A DNA stretch of 64,000 nucleotides from an uncultured delta proteobacterium (GCA_963697965.1 OY969108.1:2365326-2429325), one strand, 5' to 3'; shown: positions 1 through 9,808, counted from the stretch's first letter. Numbers and translations are program-made. Notes: generated by a model from the sequence alone, not told the origin.

Positions 1-114
1 CAAGATATTAATAGTTTTCAGTCTTCGGTTTTCGGTTAATATAATGAAAAATCGAGGGTTGGCACCCCTATCCGGCCGGATGGCTCGGGGTACTTAGGCA
101 ACAGCCCGGAGATC

Positions 115-948
115 TTGATTAGAGGGGGCGGGGCAATTCCCGTGGGAAACTTCTTGCTGCTGCTGGGCGGCACCATCGCCCTGCGGCCCTACGTCTTTAT
201 CTTCATGGGAGTGTACCTGCTGCTGGCCACCTGGCAGTGGGGGGCCGGCCGGGCCGCAGCCTTCCTGATCCTGGGATATCTCATCTCCTGGGCCGCCGAG
301 CTCTGCTCCATCCATTTCGGCCTCCCCTTCGGGGAATATCTATACATCCCGGCCACCCGGGACCGGGAACTCTGGGTAGCCGGGGTCCCTCTCATGGACT
401 CCCTGTCTTACGTATCTATCGCCTATGCCAGCTACTGTCTGGCCCTGCTGGCCCTGGGCCGGGGGCGCTGGCAGGGATGGGGCTTCCACCTTGAGGATGA
501 GGCCGCCTGGCAGCTTTCCCGGCGCACCCTGATCCTGGGAGCGGCGCTCATGGTCAGCCTGGACATCGTCATCGATCCGGCGGCCCTGCGGGGCTACCGC
601 TGGTTTCTGGGCCAGATCTACGGCTACCCGGAAGGGGGGGTCTATTTTGGCGTCCCCTTGAGCAACTTTGCCGGCTGGTTCCTGGTGGCCCTGATTCTCA
701 TCCGGGCGCTGCAGTACCTGGCCCACCCGGCCCCGGTCCCGGCCCGTGTCTGGGATTGGGGACGCCGGACCTTTCCCTGCCAGGCCCTATTGGGACCCGC
801 CCTCTACTTGGGAATCCTGGGATTTAACCTGGGGGTGACCTTCCTCATCGGCGAGACCTGTCTGGGTTGGGTGGGAGTCTTTATCTACCTGCCGTTTTTA
901 ACCTGGCTGGTCCTCAAGCACCTGCCCGGCTCCGGCCAACTCGGGTAG
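115..948 (+). CDS. Polytopic membrane protein, carotenoid-biosynthesis-protein-like (DUF422/CruF-type family)
   Basis: 277-aa ORF with many hydrophobic helices. Segment SWAAELCSIHFGLPFGEYLY matches the E..G..xGxPFGxYxY signature I associate with DUF422. Family call is from memory. Confidence 0.5.
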   Translation: MIRGGGAIPVGNFLLLLGGTIALRPYVFIFMGVYLLLATWQWGAGRAAAFLILGYLISWAAELCSIHFGLPFGEYLYIPATRDRELWVAGVPLMDSLSYVSIAYASYCLALLALGRGRWQGWGFHLEDEAAWQLSRRTLILGAALMVSLDIVIDPAALRGYRWFLGQIYGYPEGGVYFGVPLSNFAGWFLVALILIRALQYLAHPAPVPARVWDWGRRTFPCQALLGPALYLGILGFNLGVTFLIGETCLGWVGVFIYLPFLTWLVLKHLPGSGQLG

Positions 949-1725
949 CAGGACCTGGAGGGCCTGGGCCAGCCGCGCCGCGGCCAGCCGGCTGCGGCGC
1001 CAGAGATGGGCCAGGTCTGCCAGGCGGCGGGGGTCCCTCGCCAGCCAGCCCAGGGCGTCCAGCCACCCGGGGGCCCCGGGGTCAGGTCGGGGCCGCGCCA
1101 GAAACTCGGGGATCTCCTCAGCCGCGCCATCGGTAATCGCCCGGAGTCCCAGGAAAGGAAGGCCCTCGGCCCGGGCCACTGCGGCCACCGCGGCGGTCTC
1201 CAGGTCCAGCACCGGCCGGCTCAGCCGGGCCATGGCTTCCCCCAGGCCGCACTTCGGGATAATCCTGGGCGTGGTGATGATACTACCGGCAAAGGATGCA
1301 GGCCCCGCCGCGGCCAGGGCCCGGAGCAACTCCGGCAGGGGCCGGGGCGGCGGCGGCGCCGCCACCGGCGAAAGCAGCCGGGTCAGCGGATCGTAGCTGG
1401 CGAAATACTCTCCCAGGACCAGGTCTCCGGGGCTCAGCTCCGGGGTGACGGCGCCGCCGAACCCCAGGGAGAACAGCAGGCGGGGCCGAAGAAGGCTAAC
1501 CAGGCGAGAGGCCGTCTGGCGGGCCGCCTCGGCGCCCAGACCCGTAAGGGCCAGCAGCCCCCACCCCGGTCCCACTGCCAATTCCCAGGCCGGGCCTGAC
1601 ACCCCGGCCCGGCGGCGCCGGCACCGGCTGCGGCGCAAAAAAGGCCGCACTTCCCAAGGAAGCGCGGCCAATAACAGCATCCGGCAAGGCCCGGCGGCGC
1701 CCAGACCCTGCGAGCCCTCCGGCAT
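898..1725 (-). CDS. Nucleoside phosphorylase superfamily protein (PNP_UDP_1; MTA/SAH-nucleosidase or HpnG-like)
   Basis: 275-aa ORF with Gly/Ala-rich phosphorylase-like blocks (LGFGGAV, LDLETAAVA, LGLRAITDGA). Its ATG overlaps the stop of the upstream gene (TGATG at 1723-1727). Confidence 0.45.
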   Translation of the reverse strand: MPEGSQGLGAAGPCRMLLLAALPWEVRPFLRRSRCRRRRAGVSGPAWELAVGPGWGLLALTGLGAEAARQTASRLVSLLRPRLLFSLGFGGAVTPELSPGDLVLGEYFASYDPLTRLLSPVAAPPPPRPLPELLRALAAAGPASFAGSIITTPRIIPKCGLGEAMARLSRPVLDLETAAVAAVARAEGLPFLGLRAITDGAAEEIPEFLARPRPDPGAPGWLDALGWLARDPRRLADLAHLWRRSRLAAARLAQALQVLLPELAGAGQVLEDQPG

Positions 1726-2450
1726 CAGGACTTGGCCAATGGCAGGTGGTCTGCCGGCGGCGTCAACTCAGGCTGGGAGGCCACGGTGGCCACCTGCTTG
1801 TGCCGCCGCCAGCGGCGCCCCTGCACCAGGAGGCTGCCGTTCTTATGCAGCACGGTGTGGTCATCCAGGATGATCAAACCGTGGCGCTCGGAAATATTGG
1901 TGTAATATTCGTACCGCAAGTGACGCTGGTTGAGGCGGTATTTGAAAAACAGGAAGAATACCATGTAGATGACCACGATGAGGCCCAGCCCCGCCAGCGT
2001 GTAACTGAGGAAGAGAAAGGTGTTATAGCCGAGGGAACTCAGCCACGCCATGATGTAGTTCATGTTGTACAGGGCCAGCACGGTCACCAGCAGCAGGAAG
2101 AGTATGGCCAGATAGGGCAGGCGCTTGAGATGGAAGATTACGGCTCCCATCTGGGAGCCGGACGCCTCGCCTTCGAGGTTCTCTCCTTCCGGCTCCCCCA
2201 AAAAGCGGTTAAAGCCGGTAACGATGACCCCCATGAGAAAGGTGACTACAATGGGGAAGGCGAAGGCCACGAAGACGTAATCCCGCCAGGGAAAAGCGGT
2301 CTGCACCCGGTGGTATTTATCATCCGAAGCCCATAGCACCACCACGATAAAAATGACGATCTCCAGGATACCGATGAGCTTAAGGTAATCGAAGAAGAGC
2401 TTTTTACGGTCTGCCTTGGTGAAATAACTGGCAATCATGGACATGCCCAC
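1725..2450 (-). CDS. Hypothetical integral membrane protein
   Basis: 241-aa ORF with about 5 hydrophobic helices. No recognisable motif. Translationally coupled to the downstream phosphorylase gene. Confidence 0.5.
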   Translation of the reverse strand: MGMSMIASYFTKADRKKLFFDYLKLIGILEIVIFIVVVLWASDDKYHRVQTAFPWRDYVFVAFAFPIVVTFLMGVIVTGFNRFLGEPEGENLEGEASGSQMGAVIFHLKRLPYLAILFLLLVTVLALYNMNYIMAWLSSLGYNTFLFLSYTLAGLGLIVVIYMVFFLFFKYRLNQRHLRYEYYTNISERHGLIILDDHTVLHKNGSLLVQGRRWRRHKQVATVASQPELTPPADHLPLAKS

Positions 2451-2748
2451 ACCCGCCTCAGGCTTTTCGAAGTACTTATTAGATAACCAATAAACCTCTC
2501 AGGGTCAATCCCTTTCCAAGATGGGCCTGGCCCGGTTCCCATTTTCAGAGGCCCGGGGCCCAGGGCGGGCCGACAGCGTCAGGGGCTTAAGAGACGATTC
2601 CCAGAGGCAGCCGCGAGCCTGGCTTCCCCCCAAAAAAAGAGGAACGGCGGGGCGCCCCGGCCGTTCCTGCTTGCTACTATATTATAACTTCCCGGCGCAC
2701 CCCGGGGCCGCCGCTTCCCTCCTGTTCTTCTCGGGGGAAGCGCCCGGC

Positions 2749-3867
2749 TCAGCCATGGGGCAAGGTCACCACGAAGTTGGAACCGTCCTGCCTCGGTTCG
2801 TAAAGAAGGTCGCCGCCGTGCCGGGAGACGATGTCCCGGCTGAGATAGAGGCCCATGCCCAGGCCCGATCTCTCGCCTGCGGCCCGCGGCATCTTTTTGG
2901 CGACATTGGAAAAGAGCATGGAACGGTACTCCTCAGGCACCGGGTTGCCGGTGTTGGAAACATTGAGGCGGCAATTAGCCCCCTGCTGTTGCAAATCGAT
3001 GGCGATGGTGCAGCCGGCGCCTCCGTGTCTGATGGCGTTATTGATCAGATTCCGGAAGACGCTCTTGAGCCACAACTTGCTGCCCTGCACCGGGATGATG
3101 GCGGCGGGAAGCCGTTCCAGACGATTGTCCAGGGTGATCCGATTGTTGCGGAGTTCCGATCCCAGCTCCTTCAGGACCGGAGCCACCACGTCATGCCGCA
3201 GGTCCAGCAGTTCCTTATCCATCTCCTGGCCGGCGGCCCAGGAGACGGCCTTGGCCATGAACTCTTCGGTGAAGCCGATCAATCTATCTATGTTATCGGA
3301 AACTTCCTGCAGCTTCTCCAGGGCGGCACCATTCACCTCCCCGAAGGCGCCCCGGAGCAGGAGCCTCATAGAAGCGGAGGTGGACACCATGGAGCCCCGC
3401 AGGTCGTGAAAGATCAGCATCAAGCGATCCAGGGTCCGCGCGTTGACTGCGGTCGCGGTTGGCGCCGCCAGGTTGGCGGCCGGAACCAGATCGACGATGT
3501 CCAGGCTTTCGCAACAGCGGCTGACTCGCCGCCACAGCTCGGTGGGGCTGACCGGCATCAGGAGATAATCATCCACCTCAATCTGATAGGCTTCCCGCGG
3601 GAAGGTCACCTCATGGTTGCTACTGACCACCATGACCTTCACATCCGGGTTCAACCTTTTGGCCCGCTTCAAGACCTCGATGCCGTCCAGCTCTCCCGTG
3701 TTAAGCTTGCCGATCACCAGGTCATAATTCTTTTTTACCAGGGCTTCCAAGGCCGTCTCGGGGCTGGCCGCCACCCTGACTTTATATCCTTTGTATTCCA
3801 GGACCCAGGCGATTGTCCGAAACAGGTGTGATCCGTCGCCCATTAACAGAATGTCGTGGCTGGCCAT
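2749..3867 (-). CDS. Hybrid sensor: N-terminal receiver (REC) domain fused to histidine kinase (HisKA + HATPase_c)
   Basis: REC-like N-terminus (ILLMGDG...DLVIGKL...VMVVSS), H-box IFHDLRGS, and N/G boxes (NLINNAIRHG, GLGMGLYLS). Start moved to ATG 3867, which is preceded by AGGAGA. The ORF track extends to 3978. Confidence 0.85.
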   Translation of the reverse strand: MASHDILLMGDGSHLFRTIAWVLEYKGYKVRVAASPETALEALVKKNYDLVIGKLNTGELDGIEVLKRAKRLNPDVKVMVVSSNHEVTFPREAYQIEVDDYLLMPVSPTELWRRVSRCCESLDIVDLVPAANLAAPTATAVNARTLDRLMLIFHDLRGSMVSTSASMRLLLRGAFGEVNGAALEKLQEVSDNIDRLIGFTEEFMAKAVSWAAGQEMDKELLDLRHDVVAPVLKELGSELRNNRITLDNRLERLPAAIIPVQGSKLWLKSVFRNLINNAIRHGGAGCTIAIDLQQQGANCRLNVSNTGNPVPEEYRSMLFSNVAKKMPRAAGERSGLGMGLYLSRDIVSRHGGDLLYEPRQDGSNFVVTLPHG

Positions 3868-4082
3868 CGTCTGATCTCCTTTGCTTCGCCGGTTCAGCTT
3901 GAGATGGTGAATAGGAATAGGACCAATGCTGGATATGCCCTTATCAAACCCGCTTTCGGAGAAACGGTCAATCGGCATATGTGCCTATTTTCATATGGGC
4001 AAAATTGCCTACATCAAGAGCGCGGGCCTAACTGTTGATTTAGAGAATACCGAGAGATTGGGACGAAATAAACTGGCAGAAA

Positions 4083-4113
4083 TACCTAAATGGGGATAGG
4101 TAAAATTACCTAA
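4083..4113. promoter_or_regulatory. Three NarL-type heptamer-like half sites (TACCTAA n6 ATAGGTA n4 TACCTAA)
   Basis: TACCTAA at 4083-4089, its inverted partner ATAGGTA (=TACCTAT) at 4096-4102, and a third TACCTAA at 4107-4113. They lie upstream of the REC-kinase gene and just downstream of a NarL/LuxR-family regulator gene. The NarL consensus heptamer is TACYYMT. Confidence 0.35.
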
Positions 4114-4263
4114 TCAAGTGCGGTGGCGACTCTTCGGGTTCGCCAGGCGCTCCCCGGCGCTTGCTGCCGGACTTATCGTTTCTTTAGTGAAAGGGAGGGT
4201 GCGGCGGGCGGCAGATAAGCGGCGCCCGGCAGGGCCTGGTCAGTGGCAGGGTCTGGTTCCGGA

Positions 4264-4932
4264 TCAGGAGGCGGTGGTGGTGTAACCTTTCTGAATGGCG
4301 TATTTCACCAGGTCGGCGGTCTTCTTGACGTTCAGCTTCCTCATGATATTGGCCCGGTGGTGTTGCACCGTGCGGCTGCTGATGAACAGCAATTCGCCCA
4401 CTTCCTTGCTCGATTTGCCTTCGGCGATGAGCTTGATGATCTCCCGCTCCCGGGTGGTGAGATGCTGGCCCGGATTGGCCGACTGCTCCCCGGCAGGCCG
4501 GGCCTTTTCCATGAACAGGTCCGCCACCTGGGGGGCCAGCAGCGGTGAGATATAGGTGCCCCCTTTCTTGAGGGTGTCGATGGCGGAGATCAGCTCACTG
4601 TCGGCATCCTCCTTGAGCAGATAGCCCTCCGCCCCGGCCGCGAAGGCGTGATACAGATATTCCCGGTCTTTGTGCATGGTCAGGATCAAGACCTTGACTT
4701 CCGGATGGATGATCTTGATCTCCCGGGTCGCCTCCAGGCCGCGCAGATTGGGCATGGAGATGTCCAGGATAACCAGGTGGGGGGAGGTCGTCTTCAGGAT
4801 CTCAATCAACTCGAAACCGTCGTTGGCTTCCCCCACCACTTCTACATCGCTGATGCTCTGTATGATTCTCCGTATTCCCCGCCGGAACATCACGTGATCA
4901 TCAGCCAGCAGTATGGTGAAAGGGGCTGCCAT
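4264..4932 (-). CDS. NarL/FixJ (LuxR-type HTH) family response regulator
   Basis: REC domain (ILLADDH...VILDISMP...LTMH) followed by a C-terminal LuxR HTH (LTTREREIIKLIAEGKSSKEVGELLFISSRTVQHHRANIMRKL). Confidence 0.9.
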   Translation of the reverse strand: MAAPFTILLADDHVMFRRGIRRIIQSISDVEVVGEANDGFELIEILKTTSPHLVILDISMPNLRGLEATREIKIIHPEVKVLILTMHKDREYLYHAFAAGAEGYLLKEDADSELISAIDTLKKGGTYISPLLAPQVADLFMEKARPAGEQSANPGQHLTTREREIIKLIAEGKSSKEVGELLFISSRTVQHHRANIMRKLNVKKTADLVKYAIQKGYTTTAS

Positions 4933-5037
4933 GACGTTTATCCCTCATCCTGCGCCGTGGAGAGACAGTTTCGATGAATGGCGATGTTTTTATACCGGAT
5001 TTTTCTCAAAACTGCCAGTGATTTCCGGCAATTTTTT

Positions 5038-5134
5038 AACCCCCCCTTTGGAAAAGGGGGACTTAACCATGCAAAATGCAGCGTTCTAGTCCTGATGTTA
5101 TGTCCAGCTAGTCCAGCTAATTATGGAACACTCC
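5038..5134. repeat. Dispersed hairpin repeat family R1, copy A
   Basis: CCCCCCCTTTGGAAAAGGGGG hairpin followed by the conserved tail TTAACCATGCAAAATGCAGCGTTCTAGTCCTGATGTTATGTCC..GCTAATTATGGAAC. Related copies lie at 27677, 33471 and 42316. Confidence 0.8.
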
Positions 5135-5192
5135 CCTAGAAATGGCCAGGCAAGGCAACCGCCTGCCCCCTGCCCCTGCCCCGAAAGGTGGG

Positions 5193-6704
5193 TTAACCGG
5201 CCCCCCCGGGGGGCGCGGTTTCTCCATCTGTTTTTGGAGGAATCGGGATACTGCAAACGATCTTGGTGCCCGCCCCCTGCCGGCTCCAGAACTGGCAACG
5301 GCCACCCAGCATCCGGCTCCGTTCATCCAGGGCCGCCAGCCCCAGGCCGCGGCGGCTGGCATCCCGTCTGGCGATCTGGGTCACATCGAATCCCACGCCG
5401 TCGTCCTCTATGCTGAAGATGAGAGCGCCGCCTTCCTGGCGCAGCGCCACCGAAACCTTGCAAGGCCCGGCGTGCTTGGTGATGTTGTGGAGGGATTCCT
5501 GAAAGATGCGGTAGAGGATGATCTGGGATTCAGGGGGGAACAGGCCGTTCAAATCCTCAACCTCAAAGGACAGCTCTACGGCGAAATATTTACTTATGCC
5601 GTCGGCCAGGTATTTCAAGGCCGCCAGCAATCCCAGGTCCTCCAGGATGGAGGGGCTCAGGTCCCTGGACAAACGCCGGACGTTGTCGATGACCTGGTCC
5701 AGGTACTCGAGCAATTCCAGACACTCCTGCTTCAGGTTCGACTGGTCGCCCGGCCGCAGCTCCTTTTCGATGGCCCGGGTGCGGAGCTTCATAACCGTCA
5801 GGCTTTGCCCCAACTCATCGTGCAGCTCCAGGGAAAGACGCTTCCGTTCATGCTCCTGGGCCCTCAGGAGCTCGGAACTCAGGTATCGCAGGCGCCGTTC
5901 CGATTCCTGCACGGCCATCTTGGACCGCTGGGCTTCCGTGGCATCGAAGAAGACGCCGCTGAAAGAATCCACCCCCCCCTCTGCATTGAAGATCATCTGG
6001 CCCCGGTCCTGGATCCAGAGGGTCCGGTCGTCCCTGGTTCGGATGCGAAATTCCCGGTAGTAAGCGCCGGTGCCCTGGCGGGCGCGCCTGATGACCTTTT
6101 TGGCCGCAGGGAGGTCTTCCCGAACTATCAGGTCCAGCCACTTGGCCCGGCGGGAATCGAACTCCTCCTTTCTATAGCCCGTCAGCGCCTCGATCTTGTG
6201 GTCGAAGAAATCGACCGACCAGTCCAGATAACCTTTGTAAACCACGGCGGGCATGTTGCTCACCAGAATCCGGTAGTCTTGTTCACTCCGCCGCAGGGCC
6301 TCCTCCGCCTGGAGGCGCTCCCGGATCTCCGCCGCCTCCCGCAGGGCTCGCTTCACCGCGGGCGCCAGGCGGAAGAGCCGATCCTTAAGAACGTAGTCCG
6401 TGGCCCCTCGTTTTAAGTTGTCGATGGCCACTTCTTCGCCAATGGCCCCGGAGACAAAGATGAAGGGCACATCGGGACATCTTTCCTGGGCCAGGGCCAG
6501 GGCCGCCGGCCCGTTGAACCGGGGAAGGTGATAGTCGGAAAGGATCAGATCGGGAAGGGATTGTTCCAGTTCTCTGACAAAATCCTGGTCATTATCGACC
6601 CGCCGGGTGGTGAAGGTCAGATTGGCCTGCCGGAGCTCAAAGGCCATCAACTCGGCGTCGCTGGCCAGATCTTCCACTATCAGAATGCGCAGGCTCGGAA
6701 CCAA
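5193..6704 (-). CDS. Hybrid sensor kinase: REC + PAS + HisKA_3/HATPase_c (NarX/DegS-type)
   Basis: N-terminal REC (ILIVEDL...LILSDYHLP), a PAS-like middle region, HisKA_3 H-box LELHDELGQSLT, and an ATPase block (GLGLAALDERSRMLGG). Confidence 0.85.
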   Translation of the reverse strand: MVPSLRILIVEDLASDAELMAFELRQANLTFTTRRVDNDQDFVRELEQSLPDLILSDYHLPRFNGPAALALAQERCPDVPFIFVSGAIGEEVAIDNLKRGATDYVLKDRLFRLAPAVKRALREAAEIRERLQAEEALRRSEQDYRILVSNMPAVVYKGYLDWSVDFFDHKIEALTGYRKEEFDSRRAKWLDLIVREDLPAAKKVIRRARQGTGAYYREFRIRTRDDRTLWIQDRGQMIFNAEGGVDSFSGVFFDATEAQRSKMAVQESERRLRYLSSELLRAQEHERKRLSLELHDELGQSLTVMKLRTRAIEKELRPGDQSNLKQECLELLEYLDQVIDNVRRLSRDLSPSILEDLGLLAALKYLADGISKYFAVELSFEVEDLNGLFPPESQIILYRIFQESLHNITKHAGPCKVSVALRQEGGALIFSIEDDGVGFDVTQIARRDASRRGLGLAALDERSRMLGGRCQFWSRQGAGTKIVCSIPIPPKTDGETAPPGGAG

Positions 6705-6757
6705 GAAGCTATCCCACTTGGGCTGGCCGGCCCTCAGCCGGGCTGGCCGGTATTAAG

Positions 6758-7192
6758 TCAAAGGGAGACTTTATTGCGCCGCAACCAGTAAAGGGCCAGG
6801 TCTTCCACCACCCGGAAATACTCGTCGCAGTCCACCGGCTTGACCAGGTAGCTGTTCGCCCCCGATCGATAGCTCTCGAGGATGTCCGACTCTTCCTGGG
6901 AGGAGGTCAACATTACCACTGGAATCAAGCGGGTGCGTTCATGCCCCTTGAGCCTTCTTAGAACTTCCAGGCCGCTCATCTTGGGGAGCTTCAGGTCCAG
7001 GAAGATCGCCTTGGGAAACTCACGGGGCGCATCCGCAGCAAACAAGAGAAAATCGAGGGCCTCCACCCCGTCGGCAAAGACCTTCACCTTGCCGGCCAGG
7101 CCCTTCCTTTTCAAGGCCCGGAGGGTCAGTTCCGCATCGCAGGGGTTGTCTTCAATGACAACGGCCTCGAAATCCTTTGCCAGGGACGCCAA
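6758..7192 (-). CDS. Single-domain CheY-like response regulator
   Basis: 144-aa REC domain (VVIEDNPCD...IFLDLKLPKMSG...VVMLTSS...YLVKP). Confidence 0.9.
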   Translation of the reverse strand: MASLAKDFEAVVIEDNPCDAELTLRALKRKGLAGKVKVFADGVEALDFLLFAADAPREFPKAIFLDLKLPKMSGLEVLRRLKGHERTRLIPVVMLTSSQEESDILESYRSGANSYLVKPVDCDEYFRVVEDLALYWLRRNKVSL

Positions 7193-7474
7193 CCAAAACT
7201 CCTTTTCCTGATGGTAGCAAGGGGCCGGGGGATCTGGCCGCGGCCGCCACCCCGACCTGCCGGCGAAATCCGTGTGAAATTTTCACCCCAGTTATGGATT
7301 ATTATAGAAGGATTGGCGGGTAAATGCACGGGAATTCACTATAACTCGTGACCGGCAGCTATTTTCTTGATAAAATTTGAAGGGTGGCCGGGGACGCAAC
7401 GAAAAATAACTTCGAGTGCCCGGCGCTGAAAATACGCTATAATTTAGGCGTCTAGAAGATAAGCAGGATATGGC

Positions 7475-9808
7475 ATGGCTGTCTCCGAAACCCGTTCCGG
7501 AAAAAAGCTGAAGGTCACCGGTGTTGTCCAAGGCGTGGGCTTCAGGCCTTTTGTCTATCGGTTGGCCAGGGCCCATCAGCTGGCGGGTTGGGTGCGCAAC
7601 ACCTCCACTTGCGTGGAAATCGAGGTGGAAGGGGCGAGCGCCTCCCTGGAACAATTTATCCGCCAGCTTGCCACCGAGGCGCCGAATCTGGCCAGGATTG
7701 AGGCGGTGGTGGCCCGGGACGCCGAACCCCGGGGGCGCTCCGGCTTTACCATCCTCGAGAGCCGGACCCAGGCGGCCACCGCGGCCCTGATTCCCGCCGA
7801 CGTCTCCACCTGCGCCTCCTGTTTTGCCGAGATCCTGGACCCGCAAAACCGCCGCTACCAGTATCCCTTTACCAATTGCACCGACTGCGGCCCCCGCTTC
7901 ACCATCATCCGGCAGGTCCCCTATGACCGCGGCCACACCACCATGTCGCTCTTTTCCATGTGCGCTGCCTGCCGGGCGGAATATAAAGACCCAGGAGACC
8001 GGCGTTTTCATGCCGAACCCACCGCCTGTCCGGTCTGCGGCCCTCATCTCTGGCTGGAGCAACCCGGCCGGAAACTCCTGACCCGGGGCGCCCTGGAGGC
8101 GGCCGCCGGCCTGCTCCAAGACGGATTGATTGTAGCGGTCAAGGGCCTGGGGGGATTTCACCTGGCCGCCGACGCCCGCCAGGACCGGGCGGTTGCGACC
8201 TTGCGCCAGCGGAAAGGCCGGGTGGCCAAACCTTTCGCGGTGATGGTCCGAGACCTGGCTGAGGCTGAAAAGCTGTGCCACCTGGGGGAAAAGGAGAAGG
8301 CCTGGCTGTTATCCCCGGAGCGGCCCGTAGTCCTGGCCAGGAAGCGCCCGGACAGCGAAGTCTCGCGGCACGTGGCCCCGGGGAATTCCTATCTGGGCCT
8401 CATGCTTCCCTATACCCCGGTGCACCTGCTGCTCCTGTCCCGGGGCCCCGAGGCCCTGATAATGACCAGCGGCAACCTCAGCGAAGAGCCCCTGGTGTTC
8501 AACAATGAGGCGGCCCGGGCCAGACTGGACGGTCTGGCGGACGCCTTCCTCATGCACAACCGGGATATAGAGGTCCCTTGCGACGACTCGGTGGTGCGCC
8601 CCCTGTCCCCCGACCGGGCCATTCCACTTCGCCGGGCCCGGGGGTTCGTGCCGGCTCCCATTTACCTGCCGCTTTCGTCTCCCCCTATCCTGGGGGTGGG
8701 GGCCGAGCAGAAGAACACCTTTTGCCTGGCCTGGGGCGGCAACGCCATCCTCAGCCAGCACTTAGGCGACCTGGACACGGTGGAGACCTACGACTACTTC
8801 AGCCAGGCTATTTCCCATTTTAAGGCCTTATGCCGCCAAGACCCGGAGATCGTGGCCCACGACCTGCATCCCCTTTACCTGAGCACCCGTTATGCCTTCG
8901 GGCTTAAAGAGGCGACCCTGGTGGGAGTCCAGCACCATCACGCCCACATCGCCGCCTGTCTGGCCGAGAACCGGCGCCGGGAAAGGTGCATCGGCATCGC
9001 CCTGGACGGCACCGGCTACGGTCCCGACGGCGCCATCTGGGGCGGGGAAATCCTGGTGGCCGACCTGGCGGGCTACAGCCGGGCCGGGCACCTGGCGCCG
9101 GTTCTGCTCCCGGGGGGAACCGCGGCGGTTGCTGACCCCCGGCGCATGGCCGCCGCTTATCTCTATCAAGTCCAGAAAGAGCGGTTCGATCACCTGGCCC
9201 AGGAGTTGGAACTGGGCTACCCGCCCCTGGAATGGCGCATTCTCTGCCGCCAGTTGACCTCGGGCATCAATTCGCCGCTCACCACCAGCGCCGGGCGCCT
9301 CTTCGACGCGGTGGCCGCCACCCTTAATATCTGCCGCTGCCGGACCTACGAAGGCCAGCCGGCCCTGGAACTGGAAATGGCCGCCGACCCCGCTGAGGAC
9401 GGCTTTTATCCGGCGTCCATCCTGTTGGAGGGGGACACCCTGGTCCTGGACACCCTGGGCATCTTCCGCCGGCTGCTAAACGAGCACTTGGGCGGCATCG
9501 ACGCCGCCAAGATCGCCGCCCGCTTTCACAACTCCCTGGTGCGCCTCTTCACCGCGGCCTGTGAATTGGTGCGGGAGCAAACCGGCCTGGAACTGGTGGC
9601 TCTCTCCGGCGGAGTCTTTCAGAATGCCCGGATGTTGGAGCATTTGAGTAATTCTTTGGAGCAGCGCGGTTTTCAGGTGCTGACCCACCGGCTGGCCCCG
9701 CCTAACGACGGCTGCATTTCCCTGGGCCAGGTGGCCGTGGCCGCGGCGCGGCTGGAGAAGGAAAACCGCGGCAAATATGCTGAGCCCAGGAAGGGGAATC
9801 TTTCTTAG
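7475..9808 (+). CDS. hypF: [NiFe]-hydrogenase maturation carbamoyltransferase HypF
   Basis: 777 aa. Acylphosphatase-like N-terminus (GVVQGVGFRPFVY), two zinc-finger pairs (CASC...CTDCGPRF; CAAC...CPVCGP), then YrdC-like and Kae1-like regions. Confidence 0.95.
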   Translation: MAVSETRSGKKLKVTGVVQGVGFRPFVYRLARAHQLAGWVRNTSTCVEIEVEGASASLEQFIRQLATEAPNLARIEAVVARDAEPRGRSGFTILESRTQAATAALIPADVSTCASCFAEILDPQNRRYQYPFTNCTDCGPRFTIIRQVPYDRGHTTMSLFSMCAACRAEYKDPGDRRFHAEPTACPVCGPHLWLEQPGRKLLTRGALEAAAGLLQDGLIVAVKGLGGFHLAADARQDRAVATLRQRKGRVAKPFAVMVRDLAEAEKLCHLGEKEKAWLLSPERPVVLARKRPDSEVSRHVAPGNSYLGLMLPYTPVHLLLLSRGPEALIMTSGNLSEEPLVFNNEAARARLDGLADAFLMHNRDIEVPCDDSVVRPLSPDRAIPLRRARGFVPAPIYLPLSSPPILGVGAEQKNTFCLAWGGNAILSQHLGDLDTVETYDYFSQAISHFKALCRQDPEIVAHDLHPLYLSTRYAFGLKEATLVGVQHHHAHIAACLAENRRRERCIGIALDGTGYGPDGAIWGGEILVADLAGYSRAGHLAPVLLPGGTAAVADPRRMAAAYLYQVQKERFDHLAQELELGYPPLEWRILCRQLTSGINSPLTTSAGRLFDAVAATLNICRCRTYEGQPALELEMAADPAEDGFYPASILLEGDTLVLDTLGIFRRLLNEHLGGIDAAKIAARFHNSLVRLFTAACELVREQTGLELVALSGGVFQNARMLEHLSNSLEQRGFQVLTHRLAPPNDGCISLGQVAVAAARLEKENRGKYAEPRKGNLS

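Noticed and set aside
898-948. 51-nt convergent overlap between the DUF422-like gene and the phosphorylase gene.
   Set aside because: This could simply reflect slightly extended ORF ends in GC-rich sequence. No additional structure was seen, so it is not considered noteworthy without comparative data.
2521-3831. Long ORFs antisense to or overlapping clear genes. Examples: 2521-3831 (+), 5142-6416 (+), 7292-8281 (-), 9702-10396 (-), 35821-37125 (+), 42510-43358 (+), 43934-44755 (+), 47494-49041 (-) and 56238-56855 (-).
   Set aside because: They lie opposite CDSs that carry unambiguous family motifs. Their translations are Gly/Arg/Pro/Ala-rich with no motifs, which is the usual stop-codon-poor shadow-frame effect in high-G+C DNA.
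7193-7474. A possible promoter in the response regulator/hypF divergent spacer (TATAAT at about 7436). A search for sigma-54 -24/-12 (TGGCAC-N5-TTGC) elements across the intergenic regions.
   Set aside because: No acceptable -35 lies at 16-18 nt from the TATAAT. I found no convincing TGGCAC-N5-TTGC match by eye in any spacer.
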